A DNA stretch of 64,000 bases from Eledone cirrhosa (lineage: Eukaryota), in the NCBI GenBank assembly GCA_964016885.1, contig OZ024752.1:46004001-46068000 (forward strand), written 5' to 3'. Made by a program: the position numbers and the translations under genes. This document shows, piece by piece, positions 25,678 to 38,116 of this stretch. Under the pieces are notes generated by a model that saw nothing but the letters and a program-made list of their open reading frames with translations, was not told the DNA's origin and made no database searches. Each line of letters starts with the position of its first letter. Position 1 is the first letter of the stretch.

Positions 25678-26725
25678 AATTGTTTCTACGTTAGGCACAA
25701 GGCCAGCAATTACCCAGTGCATTACTAGTACTTTATTTTATCGACCCCGTAAGGATGAAAGGCAAAGTTAACCTTGGCGGGATTTGAACTCAGAATGGCA
25801 AGGGCCGTAACTCTATACGTCAAAGCATGGCGTCCGACCCTCTACCAATACTGCCAATCCAACCTTATATAGTCGTATATATAATGTAAATGCTAAAGAG
25901 TTAATACAAGACTTTACACTTTACATTTTTATTACTGAATCAATTGTTATATAAACAATTGCAGTATTAAAGTAAAGACTTTAATTTTTAATGTGATGCA
26001 CTCATAGTTCTGTTTTGTACTTTCCAAGAATATCTTGCTAATGTGGTGTCGTATGGTACAGGATGTTAAGAGTTTTAAAACAAACAAATAATGATTGGAG
26101 GTGCGGGGGACTGGAATGTCTTTGATAAGGTAGACTTGGTGGGTGGGAACTAAATAATAACAACATAGGTAATTAGCACCTTCACTACTTATATCTCACC
26201 TATTAAATACTGTTATTCATCTACCTTCTACCTTTAGATTAGATTCTCTCGGCTCTTTTAGTCTGTAATTCTAACCAATTTGTCAGTCAAAAGAAAACAT
26301 AACTGTATAACAACAACAACAACAACAAAAATGATAATAGTAATAATAATTGTTTCTACTTTTGGCACAAGGCCAGCAATTACCCCAGTGCATTACTGGT
26401 ACTTTATTTTATCAACTCCCGTGAAGATGAAAGGCAAAGTTAACCTCAGCGGGATTTGAACTCAGACTGTGAAGGGCCGTAACTCTATGCTGCAAAGCAT
26501 GGCATCTGACCGTCTACTGATGATAATAGTGATAATAATAATAATAATTGTTTCTACTTTTGGCACAAGGCCAGCAAATATCCCAGTGTATTACTGGTAC
26601 TTTATTTTATCCCCCCCCCCCCCCCCGTAAGGATGAAAGGCAAAGTTAACTTTGGTGGGATTTGAACTCAACATAAAGAGAGGTAAAGTGTGTTGTCCGA
26701 CATTTTACCAGTGCTGCCAACCCAT
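25678..26725 (-). mobile_element. Three SINE family B copies (25678-25863, 26347-26520, 26545-26725)
   Basis: Each begins aattgtttctac.tt.ggcacaaggccagcaa on the + strand. Confidence 0.82.
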
Positions 26726-26830
26726 TGCCCTTGGTTTGTAGTAGTAGTAGTAGTGGTGGCGGTAGTGGTGGTGGTGGTGGTGGTGGTAGTGGTGGTGGTG
26801 GTGGTAGTAGTAGTGGTGGTGGTGGTAGTG

Positions 26831-26861
<31 letters not shown>

Positions 26862-27104
26862 CGGTGACTGTAGTGGTGGTAGTGGTAGTGGTAGTAGTAG
26901 TGGTGGTAGTAGTAGTAGTAGCAGCGGTGACTGTAGTGGTGGTAGTGGTAGTAGTAGTAGTGGTGGTGGTGGTGGTGGTAGTAGTAGTAGTGGTGGTAGT
27001 GATGATAAATCATTTAAAACCTTTTGATTTTTACCTGCTCTATAAGAGAACATGACAGACATTTTGTCTTTTAGTTAATGTGTTTGACAGTTTTCTGTGT
27101 CATG

Positions 27105-27845
27105 TGTTGGTGGTGGTGGTGTTGATGGTGGTGGTGTTGGTGGTGGTGGTGGTGGTGGTGGTGTTGATGGTGGTGGTGGTGCTGGTGTTGATGGTGGTGG
27201 TGGTGTTGATAGTGTTGATGGTGGTGGTGGTGGTGGTGTTGATGGTGGTGGTGTTGGTGTTGGTGGTGTTGATGGTGGTGTTGGTGGTGGTGTTGGTGGT
27301 GGTGGTGGTGTTGATGGTGGTGGTGGTGTTGATGGTGGTGGTGGTGTTGATGGTGGTGGTGGTGTTGGTGGTGTTGATGGTGGTGTTGGTGGTGGTGGTG
27401 GTGTTGGTGTTGATGGTGGTGGTGGTGTTGATGGTGGTGTTGGTGTTGGTGGTGTTGATGGTGGTGTTGGTGGTGTTGATGGTGGTGGTGGTGTTGGTGG
27501 TGGTGGTGGTGTTGATGGTGGTGGTGGTGTTGGTGGTGTTGGTGGTGGTGGTGGTGTTGGTGTTGATGGTGGTGGTGGTGTTGATGGTGGTGGTGGTGTT
27601 GATGGTGGTGTTGGTGTTGATGATGGTGGTGGTGGTGGTGGTGGTATTGGTGGTGGTGGTATTGGTGTTGATGATGGTGGTGGTGGTGGTGTTGGTGTTG
27701 ATGGTGGTGTTGGTGTTGATGGTGGTGGTGGTGGTGGTGTTGATATTGATGTTGATGGTGGTGGTATTGGTGTTGATGATGGTGGTGGTGGTGGTGTTGG
27801 TGTTGATGGTGGTGGTATTGGTGTTGATGGCGGCGGTGGTGGTAT
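27105..27845. repeat. (GGT/GAT/GTT)n compound microsatellite
   Basis: Direct inspection. Similar tracts lie at 26735-27005, 40735-41070, 52385-53085 and 61817-62350. Confidence 0.95.
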
Positions 27846-28772
27846 TTCATACAGCATGTGGTGACAGTGGCAGTGATGGTAGTGTTGGGTGGTAGTTGTG
27901 GTGGTATTTCATACAGCATGTGGTGGCAGTGGCAGTGATGGTGCTTTCTGCATCATCTAGTAGTGTTAGTATTGGTATTGGTAAGGGGGGGGGGGTGAGG
28001 AGGTGAGGGAGGGTGTGTGTGTGTGTGACAGACAGACAGTTCAGTAGTGAGAATGGCAGCTAATGTGCAGCAACCTCCATAGAATTGAGATGATAAGCAC
28101 CGCTGTGGAGAAGAGGGTGACGAGGGAGAGAGTGCAGGTGGGGGGGGGGGGGGGGAGACAAAAAATATTCTATTTAAAAAAATAAAAAAATTATTATTAT
28201 TATTATTATTTATTTTATATTTTTTTATGTTGTGTAGATTTGAAACTGTGTTCAAGTTTGTTCAGTACACTTCCCACCCCCTCTCTCTCCCCTCTCCCCC
28301 TCCCACCCACACATTACCTCTGTCTACCCCCCCCACACATTACCTCTGTCTACCTGTCTCCCCTCCGACACATCTTCATAATCACAGTCACTAAATTGTA
28401 TCTAATTTTGGCACAAGGCCAGCAATTATATCAGTACATTACTGGTAAAATAAAGTACCAGTAATACACTGGGGTAATTGCTGGCCTTGTGCCAAAAGCA
28501 GAAACAATTATTATTATTATTATTATTGTTGTCCCTTCCCTGATTTCCTAGTGAGATTGGTGACTGTAAAGATGTGTGGGGGAAGGGAGACATGTAGAGG
28601 GAGGGTATGTGTGGGAGGGGAGATGTTTCGAATGGAACTACATTGGTAAGACTAGCAGAAAACCCACCCTTCAGGTGGTTTTTCTGCTAGCATGTGTAGT
28701 GTGTATATTGATATTATACACAAGTATATATACATGAAGATATGATACATCAAATAACATCGTAATTGACAA

Positions 28773-29100
28773 TTCATTTCATTTTATATTTTTCCCTGCT
28801 TGCAAGGATGGGACGGGAACAGATTCTGGCTTGATTTCTACAGCTGGATGCCCTTCCTAACACCAACCTCATTTACAGTGAGTGCTGGGTGCTTTTTTAC
28901 CGTGGCACCTCCACGACCACTTTGCAGTGGAATGATAGGGACCCCAGTCCCTATCATCTCATTTCTACAGCTGAGTAAACTGGAGCAATGTGAAATAAAG
29001 TGTCTTGCTCAAGGAAACAACACATCACCCGGTCTGAGAATTGAACTCACAATCTTTCGATTGCAAGGCCAATGCTCTAACCACTAAGCCATGTGCCTCC
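28773..29100 (-). mobile_element. SINE family A, full length
   Basis: Reverse complement of the family A consensus. Confidence 0.9.
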
Positions 29101-29244
29101 AGAAATTGAACGAAGACTGCGTTACACTGTCTTCTGTAATCAGTAACGTAATCCATGATACATTAAAAAAGACGATATTATATATAAACTGCATTAGGAG
29201 AAAATTAGTGACAGAAAATTAGTATGTTTATTTAAGTGATCGCC

Positions 29245-29566
29245 ACTGGAAGTGTTGACATCACACTCTCTCTCTTTCTATATATATATGGTGGTGGTGG
29301 TGGTGGTGGCAATGATATACCGGAAGTGTTGACATCACACACTCTCTCTTTCTATATATATGGTAGTAGAAGTGATGGTGGTGGTGGTGGCAATGATATA
29401 CCGGAAGTGTTGACATCACACTCTCTCTTTCTATATATATGGTAGATGAAGTGGTGGTGGTGGTGGTGGTGGCAATGATATACCGGAAGTGTTGACATCA
29501 CACTCTCTCTCTTTCTATATATATGGTAGTTGAAGTGATGGTGGTGGCGACGATATACCGGAAGTG
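29245..29566. repeat. Approx. 80-bp tandem repeat carrying ACCGGAAGTG
   Basis: Four perfect copies and one degenerate copy of the motif, each unit with (GGT)n and (CT)n. Confidence 0.8.
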
Positions 29567-29645
29567 CAACTTTGAAAAGAAGTCAATTTTAAATTATTTA
29601 TTTTTACGAAATTTAGTAAATAAATTATGTAATATTCATTCATTA

Positions 29646-29825
29646 TTGGCAGTATCGGTAGAGGGTTGGACGCCATGCTTTCTAGCATAGTTACGTCCCT
29701 TTACAGTCTGAGTTCAAATCCCACCGAGGTTAACTTTGCCTTTCATCCTTACGGGTTCGATAAAATAAAGTACCAGTAATGCACTGGGTAATTGCTGGCC
29801 TTGTGCCTAAAATAGAAACAATTAT
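29646..29825 (+). mobile_element. SINE family B
   Basis: Near-identical to 10387-10570. Confidence 0.85.
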
Positions 29826-30018
29826 TTATTCAGAGTAATCCAACTTGTTTTACTAACGGGATGAAAAAAAACAAAAAAAAACGTACGCAAACCTTCCTTT
29901 ATTATAGTTTAGATATTTTTGAAAATTACAAAACATCATTTGTCTTTACTTTTCATTCTCTGAAAATATTTTTGTTGTGTCACCAGCACAACCATCTTAC
30001 GGAATAGACCGAGTGGTT

Positions 30019-30055
<37 letters not shown>

Positions 30056-30424
30056 AAAGGTAAATGACAAAACACAACAGATGATAGTACAATGAATATA
30101 TATATATATAAATATATATACCTATACATATATATATATATATATATATATAATAATAATAAATAGGAACACATACATATATTTATATATATATATATGT
30201 GTAGGCAACACGGTAAAAACCTCCCAGACCCACACTGTAAATGTGGTTGGTGTTAGGAAGGGCATCCAACTGTAGAAAACCTGCCAGACAGTCCTATGCG
30301 AGCAAGACAATCACTCTTGCCTCAAGTGGGACTACCCCCGTCCAAACCCATGCAAGCGTGGAACACGGACGTTAAACGTTGATGATGATGATGATATATA
30401 TATATATATATATACATATATCAG

Positions 30425-30760
30425 ATAGTGTGGGAAAAACCAGGTAGATCATAACCCACCAGAGTACTTGATACAGTTCGGATCTAACTGTCGAAACGGT
30501 TGGAGCTCAGCCGTCGGGGTTCTGAATCTCTCTCCACACACATATATATATAGGAAAAAGCATGACCCCGACGGCAGAGCTCAAGCCGTTTCGATGGCTA
30601 TTTCTGGACTAAATTGGTCGAATTTAGTCCAGAAATAGCCGTCGAAATGGCTTGAGCTCTGCCGTCGGGGTCATACTTTTTCCTATTACCCACTCTACTA
30701 CTCTAAGTATTGAGTACTCTGGTGTGTTATGGTCCATCTGGTTCCTTACCACAATTGCTT
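30425..30760. mobile_element. Rearranged Penelope-like terminal fragments with hammerhead 3' halves (family 3), including palindrome 30551-30685
   Basis: CGAAA-CGGTTG-GAGCT-CAGCCG-TC-GGGGT at about 30491-30519, repeated in both orientations in the palindrome. A related fragment lies at 42633-42768. Confidence 0.55.
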
Positions 30761-30762
30761 TG

Positions 30763-30796
<34 letters not shown>

Positions 30797-32002
30797 TTTT
30801 ACCTGTTCCATCCATCCGGCTGAGGCCATGCTGGGGCACCGCCTTTATATTATATATATATATATATAATATTACTCTCTTACTGCACTATAAAATAGGG
30901 TTCTTGAAGTGTGTAGTGTTGTTATTTAGTCTCCAGAAATAGAGGAAAGTGGAGCTAGGAGCTCTCAACAACCTCTTCTCAGCTAGCATACAACAACAAC
31001 AACAACAACAACATCAGCAACAGCAATAACAACAACTACAACACACATCTAAAGAAACTAAAAGAGAACAGGGTAGGTATGGAGAACAGAAAGCTAGATC
31101 GCTGTATGGCATGACATGGCACGAACTATTAAAAGCAACAAAATAACAAAACAAACAAGGAAAATAAGCCAACAAATTAATCTGCCAGAGGGTTTTCCTG
31201 TTAATTATTTATGTAAACCCATATATTTATATAAACTGTAGAACAGTTTTCTATTACTAGAAATACTCTGTCATCTAATCATGGTAAATAAACTGAGATA
31301 ATGTATACTTTATGGGAGGGGTAAAAACATTTCCTAAATGCTGCCATTAAGAATTTTTATTTTATTTTATTTTATATTTTTGTTGTCTAAATCTTATTTC
31401 GTTTGTTACCTTTCCCAAGTTAATTATATTTAAGCTCTGAGATTAATATTGATTTTGCTAATGCAGTCCATGTCTTTTGTTTTGTTCCTGGCATTTACTT
31501 AGCATTATCCTAATGGCATTTAACCCTAACTATCTCAGAACTATTTTCTCCTCTTTTAACTCTCTTACGATTATATTTCTAATCACATACTCCGACTTGG
31601 ATTTTTTTTCAAATAATTTTGAAAATTATCAAGAATTTGAAGTGATTTTCTAATATGATTAATTTTCTCATTATTGACTTTTAACATCCTTGTTAATCCA
31701 AATCTTTATAATATCTTTACTAGAAGACAGATTGTTGTGAATATTTTCAATATGAAAACTTCAATTTTTTTCAAATAATTTTGAAAATAATCAAGAATTT
31801 GAAGTGCTTTTCTAATATACCGTATTTCCCAGTGTCGGCCGAAGACACTTTGTCCTTGAGGACGCACCCTAATTTGATTCTGTGGATCAGAGGCTGGAGA
31901 ATATTGGTGACCGATTTCATGACAATTAGTCAAGAGTGACCTTTCCTTGGATAAAGTCTAGAATGTCTATTTATGTGATCACAATAGAGTATCTCATTGG
32001 TC

Positions 32003-32200
32003 AGCCTGGTTGAATGGTTAAAGAGGTTTGCTCAGCAATCATTAGGTCTTTGGTTTAATCCCACTCTCTGGCTTCTTGAGCACAAGTCTCATCTATCATA
32101 GCCTCTTGAACAAGTATCATTTATCGTAGCCTTGGGTTTAACCATGTCTTGTGAGTGAAATTTGGTAGACAGAAACTGCTTGGAAGTCTGTTGGATGAAT
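32003..32200 (+). mobile_element. Old SINE family C (degenerate tRNA head; ...gtgagtgaaatttggtagacagaaactg)
   Basis: Similar sequence at about 12458-12580 and 62698-62840. Confidence 0.55.
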
Positions 32201-32967
32201 TGTATCAGGAATTCAAAAAGCCAGTCTTGTCACTAACTATCACCATCATCATCATCATCTTCATCATTTTATGTCCATTCTTCCACTCTAGCATGGGTTA
32301 GACGGGTTGTCCTGTTGTGGGCAAAGCCAGGACAGGGGGCCATGTCTGGCTCATACAGAACTATGTCATGCTGAATCTCCCTGAGAATTACATGTTAATT
32401 TCACACATGAACTAGGTTGTTCCATTGACTGGACAACTGGAAAACTCACCAGGTCCATGTCACATTGACCAAAATGAAGGTCACCATGACACTCTGTGTC
32501 TCTATAGTGTATATGGCACACACCTGTACTGTACGTTAACAAAGTCTTTTCATGTATTAAGGAGGAGTCAGTTTGTTCTCACCTGTCCCAGGTGTGTTGC
32601 TGCTAAGACTGTGTAATAGAACAAGATGTGTTGATTTCTCTTTATATTGTTTTGGGTGGAGTGACATGTGGGGTGGGGGAGGTGACATGTAGTGGTGGGT
32701 GTGGGTGGGTGGGGCATGTAGGGGGTGTGTGTGTGACATGTAATGGTAGCTATTGGTGGGGTGACCCAGTGGTGGGTGTGGGTGTGGGTATTGATTAAGC
32801 CAGACAATAAATTGTCACCAGTTATTGAAATGTCACATATGGTGACAATAAATCTATCATTTCCCTCCCCCCACTTCTACGACTCAACTTGCACAATTCT
32901 CCTTAAAAAAAATGTTTGCACCACTTTTACATCCACCCTGGGCCTTATGAAAAACTGCTATTTTGGC

Positions 32968-33004
<37 letters not shown>

Positions 33005-33331
33005 GTTTAATGTCCATTTTCCATGCTTGCACATGTTAGACAGTTTGTCACTTTAACTAAGATGGTGAGCAGGATATAGATTTCTGATAAGTAGGTAATG
33101 TCTGTGAAACATACATATAATATAATCACCAGGTCTGAACACAGAGGAACCAAACTCCCACTGTCACTGCCTCCGTCTCTCCCACTCTCCCCATCTCTCT
33201 CATATATATATATATAAAGTTGATGATAAAGCCATATAAGACCTTCACTGATGGCGCCATACACAATAAATACCTTTTCTATGAGTCGGATGTCAGATAT
33301 TTTCTAACCATATTTCCTCCTTCTTTTACAG

Positions 33332-33383
33332 AACTTATCAACTCGAAAGCAAAATTCAACGTTAATTATCAAGATGCTGATGG
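33332..33383 (+). CDS. CASKIN: Caskin-family ankyrin-repeat scaffold protein, internal coding exon (52 nt, phase 1-2)
   Basis: Acceptor tttcctccttcttttacag, donor gtaagt. Reads xLINSKAKFNVNYQDADG, resembling Caskin KLLGSTKKINVNFQDPDG (recalled family sequence). Splices in frame to the next exon. Confidence 0.88.
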
Positions 33384-33423
33384 GTAAGTTTTACCTGTTT
33401 CTTCATTTAAAAAAAAATTAAAT

Positions 33424-33765
33424 GTGTGATTGCTTACAGGTTTCCTGTGAGTTACTTCAGCAGTGTGATTGCTTACAGGTTTCCTGTGAGTTACTTCAAC
33501 AGTGTGATTGCTTACAGGTTTCCTCAACAGTGTGATTGCTTACAGGTTTCCTGTGAGTTACTTCAACAGTGTGATTGCTTACTGGTTTCTTGTGAGTTGC
33601 TTCAGCAGTGTGATTGCTTACAGGTTTCTTGTGAGTTGCTTCAGCAGTGTGATTGCTTACTGGTTTCTTGTGAGTTGCTTCAGCAGTGTGATTGCTTACA
33701 GGTTTCCTGTGAGTTACTTCAGCAGTGTGATTGCTTACTAGGTTGCTGTGAGTTGCTTCAACAGA
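33424..33765. repeat. 39-bp minisatellite just downstream of exon 33332-33383
   Basis: cagtgtgattgcttacaggtttcctgtgagttacttcaa, about 9 units. Confidence 0.92.
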
Positions 33766-36015
33766 TTGTCCCATTAATTAAACAGTTGAAACACACATCT
33801 TTGAAAGTGACAAAGGTTCAGTTTTAGACAAGACTGTTGATATGTTGATAATCCCACCGAGGTTAGTTTTGCCTTTCATCCTTAGAGGGTCAATAAAATA
33901 AATACCAGTCAAGCACTTGGTCCTTAACTGTAGATGGAGTGGAACGGGCGCTGTCATAACACACGCTGTCTCTCGGGCGTTTTAAACCTGGCAAAGCTCA
34001 CCCTCTCTAGTTCGGAACACAGCTGATTTCATAGATAAAGAGAGATAGAGGGAGAATTGATCCCAGTATTAGACTGGTACTTTGTGTTATCAACCTCAAA
34101 AGGATGAAAGGCAAAGTTAACCTTGGCAGGATTTGAACTCAGAGATCAGAGACAAATACTGAGACATTTTTTAAATCCACCGCTCTCACAACTCTGCTAA
34201 TTTGCTGCTTTTCACAACCCCTAGACATGATAAAACAGGAATTAGGACCATTTTTATTTGAAAACATTGTTGGGTTTTGTTTTTAATATTTGTCTGTTGT
34301 TGTTTTGGGACAAAGTTTACCTGTGATTCACCGTTTCTAAGAGAAACTTGTCAAAACATATCTATTGGATTATAGGTAGAAGACATATTTCTGTTAGTAC
34401 CCCATACTGAGTTATATTAGTGGCCACTAACTACTTACTACATACCTGTCGAAATATCTTTCCCTCCAACATCACACAGTTACCAAGCTAGCACACCTAA
34501 TTAAGGAGTGTAAATGTGATTGCTTCTGCTGCTAGAAATAGCAGCCAAATTTTCCTCAAATCTTAAGAAGCAGCCATTTAAAAAAAAAAATATGCAAAAG
34601 ATGCATTGTGTATCTAGAGCTACATTATTTTATGTCTGAGATTAAAAAGTCTGAATTAGTTTTGTTCACAGGTGAAGGGTTTTCTCTCATGAATAATTCT
34701 TGATTATTTTAATAATTAAAATACAAAGGTAGTATATTTGTGTTAGAAATATGATCATAAAAGGGTTAGGGGCTAATATTTTAGACCATTTAGTCAGGAG
34801 GAAGGGTAAAGCTCATAACTATTTTCAGGGCAGCCAAGACTGTAAAAGAAAGGGAGGTCTGAAGATATTTTTAAACTGATAACATAGCTCTAATGTTTAC
34901 AACAAAACAAACATAGTAAAAGGATTGAAGGACCAAGTGGTGACATTAAACTGGGCAATAGATTAAAACTACCATCTGTGTGGGCCACAGCGGGATTTGA
35001 ATTCAGAATGCAAAGGGCTAGAATAAAGAGAAGGCATCCCATGTTACCCTCTCTAATGTTGATGTTATGATGAAATGTACTGGCTGCACCCAATAAAGTG
35101 GTAGTGCTTGTGTTATAAAATGCACCCAGTACAGTCTGTAAAGTGGTTGGCATTAGGAAGGGCAGAGTATGGAATGTATGAGCAAGATGAGGTCTCTCTG
35201 ACCTGTCTGGTGTCAGACATTGACACACCATTCAACTCCATGCCTTGCAAGGAAAGTAGGGATTAGATGATGGCAATGATGATGATTAATGATGTGTCTG
35301 ACAACAAGCACGTCATCAATAAACATGATGACTGCTTTTACCTTTTGAGTATAAACTTGGTTTAATCTTTTAATAGAATATACTTGACCTGGTGACAGTT
35401 TAAATTTAAATTCTCCTCCTTCTCCCTACCACTTGTCACCTTTCCATCTGCCTTTGTCTTTTCTGTTGGTTAATTGAAGCTGTGAGTCATCTAGCAAGAA
35501 CTGTCCTTTCTTATTTAACATTGTTTTACAGTATATTTGGATGTCAGTTAATGTCATCGCTGTTGCAATATTTACCTTTCAATGTCATCAAGTTTCAACA
35601 ATGCTGTCCTTCTTTTTACTGGCACAACTGAAGCTTAAGTTCTCTTTCTCCTTCCCTAGCTTAATGGTTAGGATATCGGACATACGATCATAATGTCGTG
35701 GGTTCGATTCCTGATCAGGTGCTCTGCTGTGTTTGTGTTCACATTGCTCCAGTTCACTCAGCTGAGATTGAGTTTCAGCAGCAGTGGCTGGAGAGTTAAT
35801 CCTGCGATAGACTGGCATCCTATCCAGTGATTGAATTGGCGGAGTTGTTGGATAGAATACTTAGCAGTTTTAGTACTGGTTCTCTACTCTTGAGGTTAAT
35901 GTAGCTTTTCATCCTTTCAAGGTCGATAACTAAAGAAGTACCAGTCTGCTACTGGGGTTGATTCTTCCTCTATATCTCTTTCATGCTCTCTGAACTCCAA
36001 ACACTAGCTTAAAGT

Positions 36016-36171
36016 CAACCCCCAGTACATTACTGGTACTTTATTTTATTTTGAGCCTGTAAGGATGAAAGGCAAAGCTAATCTCGGCCAGATTTGAACC
36101 CAGAACATAAAGGGCCATAACTCTAAACCGCTAAACATGTTGTCCGACACTCTACCGATTCTGCCAATCCA
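36016..36171 (-). mobile_element. SINE family B, ending about 43 nt upstream of exon 36215
   Basis: Reverse complement of family B. An older + strand copy lies at about 35835-35960. Confidence 0.8.
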
Positions 36172-36214
36172 CTGTTTCCAATATGTTTATATTGTATGTT
36201 ATATCTATTTTCAG

Positions 36215-36312
36215 AGTATCCTACCTTCACCATGCTGCACTTCTGGGCAACAGTGAGGTTTTACATTTACTTCTTCAGACTGGTATTGATGTCACTCTTA
36301 AAGACAACAAAG
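36215..36312 (+). CDS. CASKIN: Caskin ankyrin-repeat exon (98 nt, phase 2-1)
   Basis: Acceptor atctattttcag, donor gtatct. Reads (G)VSYLHHAALLGNSEVLHLLLQTGIDVTLKDNK(G), a canonical ankyrin repeat ending in the Caskin KDNKG motif. Confidence 0.92.
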
Positions 36313-38116
36313 GTATCTACTTATTTATTTTAAGGGGTGATAGCCATGACTGGCTTGGCTGGTCAGCTTTCGTTTTCCTATGTTTTTGTTTTTAATTTTA
36401 ATTTTTTATTTTATTTTAATTTTAATTTTTTTTGTATTTTAATTTTAATTTTTTCTGAATTTAAATTTTAATTAAAAATAAAAAAATTTTAATTTTAATT
36501 ATTTTTAAATTTAAATTTTTTATTTATTTATTTATTTAAAAAAAAAAATATTTGCTAAACCTTTTTAGTACCAAACACTGCCTGGTACTGCTCTTTGTTC
36601 TTCAATAGAAATCTGATTTTAAGTGTTTATCATCATCATGATCATCACCACCACCACCACCACTATCATCACTATCATCACCATCACCACCATCATCACC
36701 ATCACCACTATCATCATCATGCTAGCAGAGGAAAGTAGCAACATTACTAAATCTTTCCAAATTCTGGATTATTTTCAAAAGTATTTGAAAATCATAGGTT
36801 GATGTCTTTGATGGGGAATATGGATGAGAAAGATTATAGTAATAATCTTATTGTTGAAGATGGTGGTGGTGGTGGTGATGGTAATGGTGGTAGTGGTGGT
36901 GGTGGTGGTGGTGGTGGTGGTGGTGGTGTTGGTGGTGGTGATGGTAGTAGTGGTGGTGTTGGTTGAAGTGTGTATACATTTTTGGGGGACACCCTGTATG
37001 TATGTGTGTGTGTGTGTATATATGTGTGTGTGTGTGTGTGTATATATGTGTGTGTGTGTGTGTGTATATATGTGTGTGTGTGTGTGTGTATATATGTATG
37101 TGTATGTGTGTGTATATATGTATGTGTGTATATGTATATATATCTATGTATGTGTGTATATGTATATATATCTATGTATGTGTGTGTGTATATATATCTA
37201 TGTATGTGTGTATATGTATATATATATGTATGTGTGTATGTTATAAAGATTGTTGGTGGTATTGCTATGGTTCCATTACTGTTATAGCAACAAGAAATGC
37301 TTGCATAGGGACACTGTCATATGTGTGTATGTATGTGTGTGTGTGTATATATGTATGTGTGTGTATATATATATATATATATATGTGTGTGTATATATAT
37401 ATATATGTGTGTGTATATATATATATATGTGTGTGTGTGTGTATATATATATATGTGTGTGTGTGTGTATATATATATGTGTGTGTGTGTGTATATATAT
37501 GTGTGTGTGCGTGTGTATATATATATATGTATGTGTGTATATATATATATATGTATGTGTGTATATATATATATGTATGTGTGTGTGTGTGTGTGGAGGG
37601 AGGGGGGGCAATAGGTGGCATGGTATGAACTGAATGACTTTATCTCATACTTCCCTCATCTGCACCTAGTTGCACATTTCATGCATAGCAAGCTGTGCAG
37701 CCCCTAAAGGAAGAAATAGCTGGAGTGAAAGGAAAGGAAACGAGAAGGAGAGGACAAATGACAGGTAGAGGGGAGGGGGGGGGGGGTGTAGTGTGAGGAA
37801 GGAATTCCTGTGATTGAAAAATGTGACTGCAACAGCAGCAAAAATGAAGGTTCCTTCCTCATCACATATTTCAAATACCAAACTCTTTTGATTCCTCAAA
37901 GAACTACTGTAAATTCCTGTTGCCAGGTGTGTGTCTGTCTGTCTTTCTATCTCACCTGTCTCTCTGTCTCTTTGTCTTACCTCTCTGTCTACCTGTCTGT
38001 TTGTCTCTTTGTCTGTCTGTCTGTCTGTATGATGATTAGGTGACTTGTTGTTATTTAGTCCATCCAGTTGTGATTGAGTGGAATTAATATCAAAAACATT
38101 CCTAGAATGTTTTGAT

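Noticed and set aside
27071-27919. Gly-rich, Pro-rich and His-rich long ORFs (also 40562-41122, 52320-53193, 61743-62550)
   Set aside because: Translations of (GGT)n compound microsatellites.
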